From positions 896,001-960,000 of the forward strand of contig CAUVWX020000001.1 in NCBI GenBank assembly GCA_963555815.3: a stretch of 64,000 nt of DNA, written 5' to 3'. The notes beneath the pieces were generated by a model that ran no database searches, was not told where the DNA came from, and saw nothing but the letters and a program-made list of their open reading frames with translations. The stretch is from a bacterium. GTDB lineage: Bacteria; UBA8248; JACPRG01; G963555815. A program made the position numbers and the translations under genes. Positions within the stretch are counted from its first letter, which is position 1; every line of letters starts with the position of its first letter. This document shows, one piece after another, positions 1 to 9,873 of the stretch.

Positions 1-283
1 CGAGCAAGCCTTTGGTCTCGAGCATCCCGAAGTGGCCACGGGCCTCAACAACCTGGCCGGGCTCTATCAGACCCAGGGCGACTACGCGAAGGCCGAACCC
101 CTCTACCGGCGTGCGCTCGGCATCCTCGAGAGAGCGGTGGGGCCCGACCACCCGAACATCATTAAGACCCTCAGCAACATGACCGGTCTCTACCAGCAGA
201 TGGGGAGGCTGGAGCAGGCCACCGAGTTCGCGACCCGAGAACAGCAGATGCGGGAGAGGCTGGGGCTGACGCAGGGGAGCTGA
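1..283 (+). CDS. TPR-repeat protein (kinesin-light-chain-like 42-aa TPRs), C-terminal part, 5' truncated by window edge
   Basis: HPEVATGLNNLAGLY...AEPLYRRAL..GPDHP repeat motif; same repeat type as 34247-35821. Confidence 0.85.
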   Translation, partial: EQAFGLEHPEVATGLNNLAGLYQTQGDYAKAEPLYRRALGILERAVGPDHPNIIKTLSNMTGLYQQMGRLEQATEFATREQQMRERLGLTQGS

Positions 284-445
284 GCGAAACCCGGGACAGG
301 ACGGAAGACGAATGGTTGTCCTCTTTGCGGCTTAACTCCTCCGTCCAACCAGGAGAGTTGACGGAAAGCCCGGCGCCTTGGGCTGGTGCTCTCCGGACCC
401 GTCAGGGAAACGCAAGTAATCTTATATCGTGTTGGCTGTAGGGCG

Positions 446-1099
446 ATGGCCGAGGACATCTTTCCAGAGCAAGAGTTCACCCACGAGAGCCGCTCTCCTT
501 CTCAGATCCCCATCTTCCCCCTTCCCAGCGTGGTCCTCTTCCCCAACATGATGCTCCCTCTCCACATCTTTGAGGCCCGATACCGGAAGATGGTGAATGA
601 CTGCCTGAATGGGGAGCACTATCTGGGGATGATCCTCCTTAGAGAAGGATGGGAAAGGGCGGAGATCGACTACTTTGACGTCGGCGGGTTGGGGGTCATC
701 ACGCATGTCTTGAAGCACCCCGGGGGCAATATGGACATCGTCCTTCGAGGCCTTAGCCGGTACCGCGTAAAATCCTTTGTCCAGCAAAAACCCTACCTCA
801 TCGGTGAGATCGAGGTTCTGGAGGAGGAGTGGGAGGATTCGCCCGCCTTGGGGATGGCGACCGACCACATGGTGGAGCTCTTTCGCAGAAGCCTCGAAAA
901 GAAGTCAGAGGAAGTGCGAGAGAAAATCCTATCCCAGGTGAACCTCTTGGAGAGTCCCGTGGACCTCTCGAACTACCTCGCCTCGGTCCTGGACATCGAT
1001 GTCTATAAGAAGCAGGATCTGCTTCAGGCCCCCACGGTCCGGGAGCGAGTCCGGCTCCTCACCTCCTTCCTCAAGGGAGAGGTGGCATCGTTCAACTGA
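446..1099 (+). CDS. LON peptidase N-terminal substrate-binding domain protein
   Basis: IPIFPLPSVVLFPNMMLPLHIFEARYRKM motif; no ATPase or protease domain; ATG at 446. Confidence 0.85.
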   Translation: MAEDIFPEQEFTHESRSPSQIPIFPLPSVVLFPNMMLPLHIFEARYRKMVNDCLNGEHYLGMILLREGWERAEIDYFDVGGLGVITHVLKHPGGNMDIVLRGLSRYRVKSFVQQKPYLIGEIEVLEEEWEDSPALGMATDHMVELFRRSLEKKSEEVREKILSQVNLLESPVDLSNYLASVLDIDVYKKQDLLQAPTVRERVRLLTSFLKGEVASFN

Positions 1100-1165
1100 G
1101 CCCAGATCACCCCTGAGGGGGTGCCGTTCCCGCCAGGGCCCTTTTCTTTGCGGGGTGGAGGGTGG

Positions 1166-1609
1166 ATGAGAGCAGTCGTCCAGAGGGTTGCCCGGGCCGC
1201 CGTCCTGGTGTCCCAGGAGAGACGGGCCGCTATCGGTCCGGGCCTCCTCGTCCTCCTGGGTGTCCGGGAGGGAGATGAGGAAAAGGACGCCATCTTTTTG
1301 GCCAAGAAGATTGCTCACCTTCGGGTCTTCGAAGACGAGGCGGGGAAGTTCAACCGCTCTCTCCTGGAGGTCCAGGGAGAGGCCCTCGTCGTCCCCCAGT
1401 TCACTCTCTACGGAGACTGCCGAAAGGGAAGACGCCCCTCTTTCATCCAGGCCGCCCAGCCGCCTCTCGCCGAGAGGCTCTATGAGGGTTTTGTCGAGGT
1501 CCTTCGCGCCGAGGGGGTCCCGACGAAGACGGGGGTCTTCGGAGCCCGCATGGATGTCGAGCTCACGAACCAGGGCCCTGTTACTCTCTTTCTGGAGAGC
1601 GGATCTTGA
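1166..1609 (+). CDS. dtd: D-aminoacyl-tRNA deacylase
   Basis: [31 protein letters not shown] signatures. Confidence 0.95.
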   Translation: MRAVVQRVARAAVLVSQERRAAIGPGLLVLLGVREGDEEKDAIFLAKKIAHLRVFEDEAGKFNRSLLEVQGEALVVPQFTLYGDCRKGRRPSFIQAAQPPLAERLYEGFVEVLRAEGVPTKTGVFGARMDVELTNQGPVTLFLESGS

Positions 1610-2424
1610 CTGTCCCTCTCAAGGACCATCTTGATTCTCTCTACCGGACTTTTGACCGGCGGTTTTTGTCGCCCGACCCCTTGGAGGTCGTCCACCGTTA
1701 CCGCCGCCCTGAGGATCGGGAGGTGGTGGGTTTTCTCGCCTCGGCCCTCGCTTACGGTCATGTGGACCAGATCCTAAAAAGCCTCCATTGGGCCCTCGCC
1801 CTGATGCAGAAGGGGGGGGCAAGACCCCATGAGTTTGTGATGGGGTTTTCACCGAGGCGGGACGCCCGAAAATTTTCGGGCTTCTATCACCGATTCAACC
1901 GGGGAGAGGACCTGGCCTGCCTCATCTACTATCTGCAGCAGGCCATCGGAGAGGCGGGCTCGCTGGGGCGTTTCTTCCTTCGCGGATACCGGCCCAAGGA
2001 GCCGACCGTTGGCCCGGCCTTGAGCCGCTTCGTCCAAAATATTCTGTCCCTGGACCGGGGGCCTTTTTACCGGAATGGGAAACGAAAACTCCCGCCCGGG
2101 GTCGGGGTTCGCTTCTTCCTTCCATCGCCCGAGAGCGGAAGCGCCTGCAAACGCCTCAATCTCTTTCTTCGATGGATGGTGCGAAGGGAAGATGGGCTTG
2201 ATTTCGGCCAGTGGAAAGGGGTCTCGCCGGCGAAGCTCATCATCCCCCTCGATGTGCATGTGGCGAGGGTCTCCCGCCATCTCGGCCTGACCGATCTAAA
2301 GAGCCCCTCCTGGCGGATGGCGGAGGACGTGACGGCCACCCTTCGGTCCTTTGATCCCGAGGATCCGGTCAAATACGACTTTGCCCTCTTCCGTCTCGGC
2401 GTCCTCGGCCAGTTCCCCCGGTGA
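1606..2424 (+). CDS. TIGR02757/DUF2400 family protein (HhH-GPD-related)
   Basis: [35 protein letters not shown] motifs; 4-nt overlap with dtd. Confidence 0.85.
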   Translation: MTVPLKDHLDSLYRTFDRRFLSPDPLEVVHRYRRPEDREVVGFLASALAYGHVDQILKSLHWALALMQKGGARPHEFVMGFSPRRDARKFSGFYHRFNRGEDLACLIYYLQQAIGEAGSLGRFFLRGYRPKEPTVGPALSRFVQNILSLDRGPFYRNGKRKLPPGVGVRFFLPSPESGSACKRLNLFLRWMVRREDGLDFGQWKGVSPAKLIIPLDVHVARVSRHLGLTDLKSPSWRMAEDVTATLRSFDPEDPVKYDFALFRLGVLGQFPR

Positions 2425-2488
2425 AGGGGCCAGAGGGCCATTTCGCATCTACTGGCTCCATAGGACTCTAACTCTGTTTAAAAGGGAA

Positions 2489-4636
2489 CTATTTGATATA
2501 CCCAAGGGCTTTCAGGCGTTCTAGGGTCTCGGGGTCAAACTCGACGGCCTCCGGGGCCGCAAGTTTCTCCCGGGCCCAGATCTGTTGCTGCCGGTCTTTT
2601 AGGCGTTCCTCTATGGCCTGGGGAAGGGCGCCGTCCCGCTGATAGAGATCCTCTCTCTCCTTTCGATCCTTCGACAGATCAAAGAGCGAATTCCTCTTCA
2701 ATGTCAGGTCTTTCGGATCAAAGAACCCCCCTTTGTATTCCGAGATGAGCTTGAGTTTTTGCCCGTTCGGGTCCAACGAGACGAAGAAGGCGAGAGCGGT
2801 TGTGCCCTCTGGATCTGGGGTTACGTCATTTATGATGGCGGTCACCTCGCCATAAAGCCCCTCTCGATGGGCCTTCCCTTGGATGACGGGAAGAAGGGAA
2901 TTCCCCTGAAACCCTTTGCCGTCTGCCGACATTTCGATCCCCAGGATGTCAAGGATCGTCGGCATGACGTCGATGAGACCCGCCAGATCAGAAAGTTTTA
3001 GCCCTTCCGGGATGGCACCAGGGAATCTTATGAAGAGGGGGATCTTGACCTCCTCGTCAAAGACCGTTCCCCCGTGCTTATAGTTTTTGTGCTCAAAGAA
3101 GGCCTCCCCGTGGTCTGAGGTGATGATGATGAGGGTTTCATCATAAAGACCCCGGGCCTTCAGAAGACGGATGAGCTCGTCCAGATAGGTGTCAAAGAAG
3201 CGGATCTCCCCGTCGTACTGGGCCACCATGTTCTGGAGCCTTCGGGGGTCTAAAGGTGTCGGGGTTCCGAGATCTGGGGGGATCTCCTCATACTCCCCCT
3301 CATAATCCGGATCAAAGAGTTTCTGGTAGCGAGCCGGGGCGCGATAAGGGTCGTGGGGGTCGAAATAGTGAAGGTAGAGAAAGAACTTGTTTTGTCTTGG
3401 GTCATACCCCTGCTGGTCCAGCATGTGGTCCAGGTAGCCCCGCGCGTATTCATACATCCAGTCGGCCTTGCCCACGCGGTCAGCGCCCTCCAGGGGGTCG
3501 ATGGGCCTAAAAAGACCTTTTCGGTTCACGCCCGCCTCATTGATGAGGTACTCCAGGCGCAGATTCACCTCCCGGTCGAGTAGCTCGAAGGCCCAGGGGG
3601 GGAGGCGGGTGAGGAGCTTGAAGAGGTAGAGGCGGTAGGGGGGCTGAAAGTTTCGGGTGTGGAAGCGGTTATAGAGGGCGTTCGTTTGGAGGACATAGTC
3701 AAATCCCTGGGTGTAGTTTTGCTGGCGTGAGACGAACTCATTGGAAGAGATGAAGGCCGTCGTGTAACCGGAGTTACGCAGGACCTCGGCCAGGGTGAGG
3801 GACTCATCCGGAAGGGCGTGGGCCACATGGGTCATCCCGTGGATGGACTCCTGGACGGAGGTGAAGAGCGTTGCGATGGAAGGGATGGTCCAGCTGGCGT
3901 GGGAATAGGCGTTCTCGAAAAGGACCCCTTCTTTGGCGAGGGCGTCGAAGACAGGTGAGGTGGGCCGTTCGTATCCATAGGCCGAGAGGTGGTCGGCCCG
4001 AAGCGTATCCACCAGGATGAGGATAACGTTCGGGGCCCCGGAGAGTTTTGATTCCACGCTCCGCCACCTCTGACCCCGGTGAAGCGGTTCCACGTTCCCG
4101 AAGAAGCCCAGGGCCGAAATGGAAGAAGTGGCTACGAGGGCCACCGCGATTCCCATGGCCCGCGCGAGGTGGACCCTTCTTCGCGCAAACCACCGGTGAA
4201 AGAGCCAGAAGATGAGAACAGCGGCCACGAGGAATCCCAAGTTGAAGACGAGGCTTACGAGGTTTGTCGCTCCGGGCAGAAAACGCTCGTTCACATAACC
4301 CGAAAGGGCCACTTTCAAGAGGAAGATGAAAAAGAGCGACAGGAGAGAAACAAAAAACCCCTGGCGAGGGATCTCTTTTCCCGTCAAAAAAGCCCGAAGG
4401 GCCCAGAAGCTCACGAGCGCCGCTGTCAGAGCGGCCATGACGAAGCCATTCATGAGGCCGGAGACCGCCATCAGGTGGACCATGGCCCAGCGGGTGTAAT
4501 ACAGATCTGGAGGAGAGGCAAGGAGAATGACGACGTAGGGCTCAAGGAGCCCTGCCGATATGCCAAGGAGGGAGCCGACAAGAAGTCCTTGAAGGAGGGT
4601 TCTCCCGCTCAGGACCCCCGCTCGGGGTCTCGCCAT
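2489..4636 (-). CDS. Membrane-anchored sulfatase-like hydrolase/transferase
   Basis: About five N-terminal TM helices; PNVILILVDTLRADHL, SWTIPS (Ser-type), YFDPHDPY, TSDHGE, terminal LKALGYI. Confidence 0.85.
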   Translation of the reverse strand: MARPRAGVLSGRTLLQGLLVGSLLGISAGLLEPYVVILLASPPDLYYTRWAMVHLMAVSGLMNGFVMAALTAALVSFWALRAFLTGKEIPRQGFFVSLLSLFFIFLLKVALSGYVNERFLPGATNLVSLVFNLGFLVAAVLIFWLFHRWFARRRVHLARAMGIAVALVATSSISALGFFGNVEPLHRGQRWRSVESKLSGAPNVILILVDTLRADHLSAYGYERPTSPVFDALAKEGVLFENAYSHASWTIPSIATLFTSVQESIHGMTHVAHALPDESLTLAEVLRNSGYTTAFISSNEFVSRQQNYTQGFDYVLQTNALYNRFHTRNFQPPYRLYLFKLLTRLPPWAFELLDREVNLRLEYLINEAGVNRKGLFRPIDPLEGADRVGKADWMYEYARGYLDHMLDQQGYDPRQNKFFLYLHYFDPHDPYRAPARYQKLFDPDYEGEYEEIPPDLGTPTPLDPRRLQNMVAQYDGEIRFFDTYLDELIRLLKARGLYDETLIIITSDHGEAFFEHKNYKHGGTVFDEEVKIPLFIRFPGAIPEGLKLSDLAGLIDVMPTILDILGIEMSADGKGFQGNSLLPVIQGKAHREGLYGEVTAIINDVTPDPEGTTALAFFVSLDPNGQKLKLISEYKGGFFDPKDLTLKRNSLFDLSKDRKEREDLYQRDGALPQAIEERLKDRQQQIWAREKLAAPEAVEFDPETLERLKALGYIK

Positions 4637-4944
4637 CGTCGAAGGCCTCCCGTTACAGAAAGTTTTCTATGGCCCAATCACCGCGCCTCAGCGGTTTAAA
4701 CTGAAATCAAAATATAACACACCTTTTATTTTGAAATCTCTCCACGTACTGGCATAGTAATGGGCGATGGGGGGGGTGATGAACGGGCGGTGACCGTAGC
4801 GCATGACTGGCTTGAATCTCCTCAGTTTTTCTTGTCGGAGGAACTCTCGTGAATCCAATGTATCCATCGTGAGTGAATCGAATGCCATCAAAAGAACATC
4901 TAGCTGAAGATTCTAAAGCTAAGCCGAAAAAATTTTCTAGGCCA

Positions 4945-5520
4945 ATGAGAAAGGTCACAGGACCCGCGCTTCTAATTACCTTGGTAGCGCTCTATGGATG
5001 TTCGCCTGCGAGGGTTCTGGTGCCAAAAGGTTCGGAACAAGGGGATCTGTATGAAGAGTTGGCTCAGGTGGAAGACGGACAGTATAAAGTCAGGCACTTC
5101 GAATTTCTGAGCAAAGAAGGTTCGATGACCTATGCCGTGGGCATAGTGAATGTAGACGAAAAGCCACTTCTGAATTTCGTTTTTCAGCACGCCCACCTCC
5201 ATCGGGAGAATGACCTCGGCGTATTGAATTGGGGTGACTTAGAAAAGAGGCTTAGAGATCCAAAGGGTGTTGTTATCAATCCGGTAAAAGGCTACGCAGT
5301 GGGAAATCTGGTCAAATACCACACCAGCTTGAACAGGTGGTATGTGTATCCCATAAAGGAGAAGGGTGACGTTTTAGGCTATTGGCTGACAGTTGATAGC
5401 AACGCTCGTCTTAATAAGAGTCCATGGGGAAGAACGGTTTATTTTGAAATTTCTCCGCACGTTTCGATCATCATGGGTGGTAGTGGACCCAGCGGGGCCG
5501 GGGGTGGAGGCGGCGGATAA
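4945..5520 (+). CDS. Hypothetical lipoprotein
   Basis: Signal peptide with LYGC lipobox; Gly-rich tail; visibly more AT-rich than neighbours. Confidence 0.55.
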   Translation: MRKVTGPALLITLVALYGCSPARVLVPKGSEQGDLYEELAQVEDGQYKVRHFEFLSKEGSMTYAVGIVNVDEKPLLNFVFQHAHLHRENDLGVLNWGDLEKRLRDPKGVVINPVKGYAVGNLVKYHTSLNRWYVYPIKEKGDVLGYWLTVDSNARLNKSPWGRTVYFEISPHVSIIMGGSGPSGAGGGGGG

Positions 5521-5566
5521 CTCATCTTGGTTTAATAAGATACGATAATTCAGCGGGCTCAGAATT

Positions 5567-6199
5567 TCATTTCTCTGCCAAAAACGAAGACGATAGAAGC
5601 CTCTGCAGGTCTTTTAAGACATCCGCTGTTTCCCAGGTTTCCCCGTGATAGGTGACACGCCAGATCCCTTTTGCGTCGATGAGGGCGAGGACGTAGTTGT
5701 GATCCACCCACCCTCGTTCAATGGGCGTCACATTCACGCCGTAATCCTTCCAGATGGCTTCCAGGGCCTCCCTTGGGCCTGAGAGGAAGCTCCACCCTCT
5801 GAAATCGACCCCGAATTTTTTGCCATATTCCTTGAGGACAGGGGGGTGGTCCACCTCGGGGTCGGTCGTCACCGTGAGGAAGTGAAACGACCCCTCGGGG
5901 ATCTCTCGTTGAAGTGAAGCCAGCTTGGCCGTGACGAAGGGACAGGACTCAGAACAAGAGGAGAAGACGAAATTCACAAGGACGATCCGCCCGCGAAGAT
6001 CCGATAGGGAGAGAGGGCGGCCCTCCTGGTCCAGGATCTGAAATTCGGGCGCCTGGACTTCCTGTACCTCTCGCCAGGCGAAGGGGGCCCCCTTGCTGGA
6101 GGATCCAAAATGCCCAAAGGCAGTCCCCCCGGCGAGGGCGAGCGCGACGATAAGGCTGAGAGGGGCTACGGCAACCCGGAGACAGCCAAACATTCTCAT
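5567..6199 (-). CDS. SCO family copper chaperone
   Basis: CSESCP (CxxxCP), TTDPEVD, conserved His in VDHN. Confidence 0.9.
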   Translation of the reverse strand: MRMFGCLRVAVAPLSLIVALALAGGTAFGHFGSSSKGAPFAWREVQEVQAPEFQILDQEGRPLSLSDLRGRIVLVNFVFSSCSESCPFVTAKLASLQREIPEGSFHFLTVTTDPEVDHPPVLKEYGKKFGVDFRGWSFLSGPREALEAIWKDYGVNVTPIERGWVDHNYVLALIDAKGIWRVTYHGETWETADVLKDLQRLLSSSFLAEK

Positions 6200-6507
6200 T
6201 TAAAGCTCCGAACGAACTTCAGAACACTTCTTTGCTCCGTCTCCGTTAAGACAGGACCAAAGGCCGGCATGAGATTTTTTCCTCCGGAGATAATGGCGAG
6301 GAGCTCAGAATCCTGCTTCACGGAGAGGCTCTCCCTGAGGTCAGGCACCCTCACACCGAGAAAGGCCGTCTGGGGACCATCCCCGCCCCCCTGCCGCCCG
6401 TGGCAGGCGAGGCACCTCTGGGCGTAAATCCCGGCCCCCTGCTCGAGTGCCAAGTTTTCGCTGTTGCACCCCACGAGCCATAGAAAGACCGCGACGCTCG
6501 CGGCCAT
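6196..6507 (-). CDS. Monoheme c-type cytochrome, probably a lipoprotein
   Basis: CLACH heme motif, distal MPAF, LVGC lipobox; ATG at 6507. Confidence 0.85.
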   Translation of the reverse strand: MAASVAVFLWLVGCNSENLALEQGAGIYAQRCLACHGRQGGGDGPQTAFLGVRVPDLRESLSVKQDSELLAIISGGKNLMPAFGPVLTETEQRSVLKFVRSFK

Positions 6508-6532
6508 GAATCTTCGGGTTCCCTGGTCCACC

Positions 6533-7762
6533 TCAGGCCGTGAACACGAGAAGCCCGGTTGCATACATGAGGAGCAGGCCCGCCAGAAGGCCCCCGAGAT
6601 TGATCGCATGGACCCGGACGGGGGCATCTCCCTTCACGATAAGATTCGCCAGCTCATAGACCACGTAGAAGATGGCCCCGGCAGCCAGGGCGAAGAAGAA
6701 GGCCGCCAGGACGTCGTAGTAAGCAAAACCCCCGATGAGGGTTCCGATCACTGTGGGGCCGCCAGCGATGAGTCCGAAGTTGACGAGGTGAAAGAAGGGG
6801 ACCCTTTGGCGTGAAACCGGGCCCAGGATGCCGAACCCCTCTGTCGCATTGTGGATGGTGAAGCCGACGACCAGGAGGGCACCCAGGGCGATCTCTCCCA
6901 GGATAAAGGCGGCGCCAATGGCAAGGCCCTCGCCGAAGTTATGGAGACCGATGCCGACCGAGATCATGTAGGCGAGGATGAGGCTGTTGAATTCGACGGA
7001 TCGGTTCTGCCCCCAGCTGCGGCAGCCCTTCCCCAAGGCGAGTAGCCCCAAGGTCCCTATGATGAGACCGATAGAGAGGACCCCAATCCCCCGGAATATC
7101 CCCGGCACCTTCACTCCCGCCTCAAACCCTTCCACGAGGACGTCCACGCCCAGGAAGACCAGGATCCCCACTGTGAGGCTGATGAGGAAATTCAGCCATT
7201 GGCCCTTTAGGCGTCTGAGGAAGGGGAGCCAGAGGAGTCCCAGGAAGACAGGGATGACGCCCGCGTAAACCCCGAGGAGGGCAAAATTTCCGGCAGTCCG
7301 CCAACCCAGGGTCGGCGTCACGACCGGGATGTCGATGGCCTTTGAAAAGGTCATCCCGTTTGACGTGATGACCTGTATCTCCAGGGGTTCGGTTTCGATC
7401 CAGGGATAAGTGAGAGAGAGGAGGGCCGAGCGGAGTCTGGGGAGAGTTTCTGAGGGAGAGATGGCGAAGTCCCACAGGGCCCCGTTGACCGTCACCTGAC
7501 CCACGATGGCCTCGACAGGCCCCGTATTTCGGATCTGGACGACGATCTGGTTGGGCCGGAGGACAACCCGTTCAAAGTCAAGCTGGGTGAGGGCGTCCAG
7601 GGGGGCCGGAGGAGTGCCCACCAGGGAGGTGCCCTGTGTGAGGAAGAAATAGACAATGGCCCCAAGGATGAAAAGGGGGAAAAGCCCCATGGCGTAAAGC
7701 CCTATTTTCGACCGTCGAACACCGCCTGTCGCGGGGGCCGGCATTTCTTTTTCTTGAACCAT
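6533..7762 (-). CDS. ZIP family metal transporter with N-terminal extracytoplasmic domain
   Basis: GIGLHNFGEG and IHNATEGFG metal-binding TM motifs. Confidence 0.9.
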   Translation of the reverse strand: MVQEKEMPAPATGGVRRSKIGLYAMGLFPLFILGAIVYFFLTQGTSLVGTPPAPLDALTQLDFERVVLRPNQIVVQIRNTGPVEAIVGQVTVNGALWDFAISPSETLPRLRSALLSLTYPWIETEPLEIQVITSNGMTFSKAIDIPVVTPTLGWRTAGNFALLGVYAGVIPVFLGLLWLPFLRRLKGQWLNFLISLTVGILVFLGVDVLVEGFEAGVKVPGIFRGIGVLSIGLIIGTLGLLALGKGCRSWGQNRSVEFNSLILAYMISVGIGLHNFGEGLAIGAAFILGEIALGALLVVGFTIHNATEGFGILGPVSRQRVPFFHLVNFGLIAGGPTVIGTLIGGFAYYDVLAAFFFALAAGAIFYVVYELANLIVKGDAPVRVHAINLGGLLAGLLLMYATGLLVFTA

Positions 7763-7785
7763 TTTGAACCCCTTTAGAACTGTCC

Positions 7786-8799
7786 TCAGACCACGGGTCG
7801 GTCCGGATGGACGTTGAAAATTCCGATCCAGCCAAGCTCGGCAAACTCGGACTGATGGGCGTGGAACAGGAACTTCCCCGGGAATTTGTAGGTGAGCTCC
7901 AAGATGGCGCGCTCCCCCTGACAGAGCATGACTGTGTCGGTGAACTCGTAGTGGTCCAGCCGGGTCCCAGTCCGGTAGAGCTTGAAAAAGTTGCCGTGGA
8001 TGTGCATCGAATTGATCTGATCAAACTCCGTGATATTGACCAGGTAGACCCGGACGAGCTCGTTTACACGGATATTGATGGGGTTATCCTTGTAGAAGTT
8101 GGCCACGCCGTTCACGGTGTAGAATTCGTTTTCCTCGTCGAAATTCGTGTCAAACCCGTTCATCATCATCACCATCTCGCGGGCGGGGGGCCGGCCCTTC
8201 TTGGGGTCGATGATGAAGGTCCCGTAAGTCCCCTTCATGACGTGGGTTTTTAGGGGCGTCATGTGGCAGTGGTAGAGGTGGATCCCAAAAGGCTCTGCGT
8301 CAAACTCGTAGACAAAGGTCCCTCCCCGGGGGGGTACCACCTCGAAGACCCCGTCCATCTGGGCGGGGTGGATGGCGTGAAAATGCAGGGTGTGGAAGTG
8401 AGCGCTCAGGTTTCGGAAGTGGATACGAAGGCGGTCCCCCTCGGTCGCCCTGAGCGTGGGCCCCGGCACAAATCCGTTCAACGTCCAGGCGGGAAATTTG
8501 ACCCCCTGGGCGACGACCACCTCCTTGTCCTCGGCGGTGATCTCATACTCTCGCAGCGTCCTTCCGTCTGGGAGACGCGAGACCTTGCCGTAGTCAAAGT
8601 TCTCCAAGAATTTCCCGGGGTTCATCCCCGGTCCCGAGTGGGCCGAGGCGATAAGAGAAGCGTTCCTCGGCTTCTTGATGGCCTTCCGCTCCCCGGCGCC
8701 TATTGCCCCTCGGCCGGCCAGGACGGTCCCTGCCCCCAAGAGGCCCGCAAATCCTCCGAACCTCAAAAAATTCCTTCTCGAGACTCCCCACCTGGACAT
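7786..8799 (-). CDS. Tat-exported two-domain multicopper oxidase
   Basis: SRRNFL Tat motif; HTLHFH, YHCH...H, MHIHG, FHAH copper motifs. Confidence 0.9.
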   Translation of the reverse strand: MSRWGVSRRNFLRFGGFAGLLGAGTVLAGRGAIGAGERKAIKKPRNASLIASAHSGPGMNPGKFLENFDYGKVSRLPDGRTLREYEITAEDKEVVVAQGVKFPAWTLNGFVPGPTLRATEGDRLRIHFRNLSAHFHTLHFHAIHPAQMDGVFEVVPPRGGTFVYEFDAEPFGIHLYHCHMTPLKTHVMKGTYGTFIIDPKKGRPPAREMVMMMNGFDTNFDEENEFYTVNGVANFYKDNPINIRVNELVRVYLVNITEFDQINSMHIHGNFFKLYRTGTRLDHYEFTDTVMLCQGERAILELTYKFPGKFLFHAHQSEFAELGWIGIFNVHPDRPVV

Positions 8800-8824
8800 G
8801 GTTTCCCCTCAGCGAGGCCAGCCC

Positions 8825-9490
8825 TCAAGCTGGCGTCGAGACAAAGATCTCTTGGGAAAGCTCGCGTCCCAGGGAATGTTCGTCGTCCCCTACGCGGATC
8901 TTGACGGGCCCATTGAAGGGGAGCTTCTCCAAGATCTCTAGCTTCACGCCCGGTATCAGTCCGAGGCCTCCAAGGTATCTCAGGACCTCCGGGTCGTCGT
9001 TCCGGACTCGGATGATCATCCGGGTGGTTCCCGCCTCGACCTCAGCCAAGGCCGTTGAGGCAGGGGCTTCGAGCGTTCCGTCGTCGGCCGGGATGGGGTC
9101 CCCGTGGGGGTCTGCCTTCGGCCGTCCCAGCTTCTCAAAGAGAATGGCCTCCAACTCCTCCGAAAGGGCGTGCTCGAGAATCTCGGCCTCGTTGTGGACC
9201 TGATCCCAGGGCATCCCTACCACCTCAGCGAGGTAGAGCTCTAGGAGGCGGTGATGTCTCAAGATCTCCAACGCAATTTTCTCTCCCCCCTGTGTCAGGC
9301 GCGCCCCCTTGTAAGGGGTGTACTGGACGAGTTTCATTTGTTTCAGCTTCTTCAACATGCTTGTGACTGAGGCTGCGGAAACGCTGAGCCGCTTGGCCAG
9401 TGCGCTGGTGGCGACCAGGCCGGTCTCCGACTCCCCTTGAAGGACGAATATGCCCTTTACGTAATCTTCAAGTTGTCTGCTGAGCACCAA
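8825..9490 (-). CDS. DtxR/MntR family metal-dependent repressor with FeoA-like C-terminal domain
   Basis: EDYVKGI, RHHRLLELYL, EAEILEHALS, DPHGDPIP. Confidence 0.92.
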   Translation of the reverse strand: MVLSRQLEDYVKGIFVLQGESETGLVATSALAKRLSVSAASVTSMLKKLKQMKLVQYTPYKGARLTQGGEKIALEILRHHRLLELYLAEVVGMPWDQVHNEAEILEHALSEELEAILFEKLGRPKADPHGDPIPADDGTLEAPASTALAEVEAGTTRMIIRVRNDDPEVLRYLGGLGLIPGVKLEILEKLPFNGPVKIRVGDDEHSLGRELSQEIFVSTPA

Positions 9491-9516
9491 GGCGGACCCC
9501 CTGAGGCAAGGCAGAA

Positions 9517-9532
9517 TTTAGGCTAACCTAAA
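9517..9532. promoter_or_regulatory. DtxR-family operator palindrome TTTAGG-CTAA-CCTAAA
   Basis: Perfect 6-bp inverted arms resembling DtxR/IdeR boxes (TTAGG...CCTAA), about 27 nt upstream of the repressor gene start. Confidence 0.8.
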
Positions 9533-9873
9533 CTTTCAATTAGTCTATATCACACTTTTTGTCAAGCCTTATCAAAAGCTTTTTGAGGCGAAATCCGGCG
9601 CTCAAAAACTTCCCACATCGAGGGGGTGCCCTAGCAAAGGGGGCAGGAGCGCGACACGTTCAAGGAGCAACGCCCTGAGTCGCACTAAAGTAGATATTTT
9701 TTAATATGTTATAGTCGAATTGCCCGTTGCCCTCCCCGTCCGATGAAGAGAACCTTTGCCAGCGACAGGTGAGAGAACTATGTTGTATGAGTTGTAAGAA
9801 AAGGGAGAACGCGAGTGCCTGGAGCCTCTCGAGTGGGGGGGGTCGGGCCTCCTTAAGCGAGAGGAAGAAATCC

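Noticed and set aside
7786..8799. Copper nitrite reductase nirK
   Set aside because: Both domains have HxH pairs typical of two-domain oxidases, and the context is metal uptake rather than denitrification
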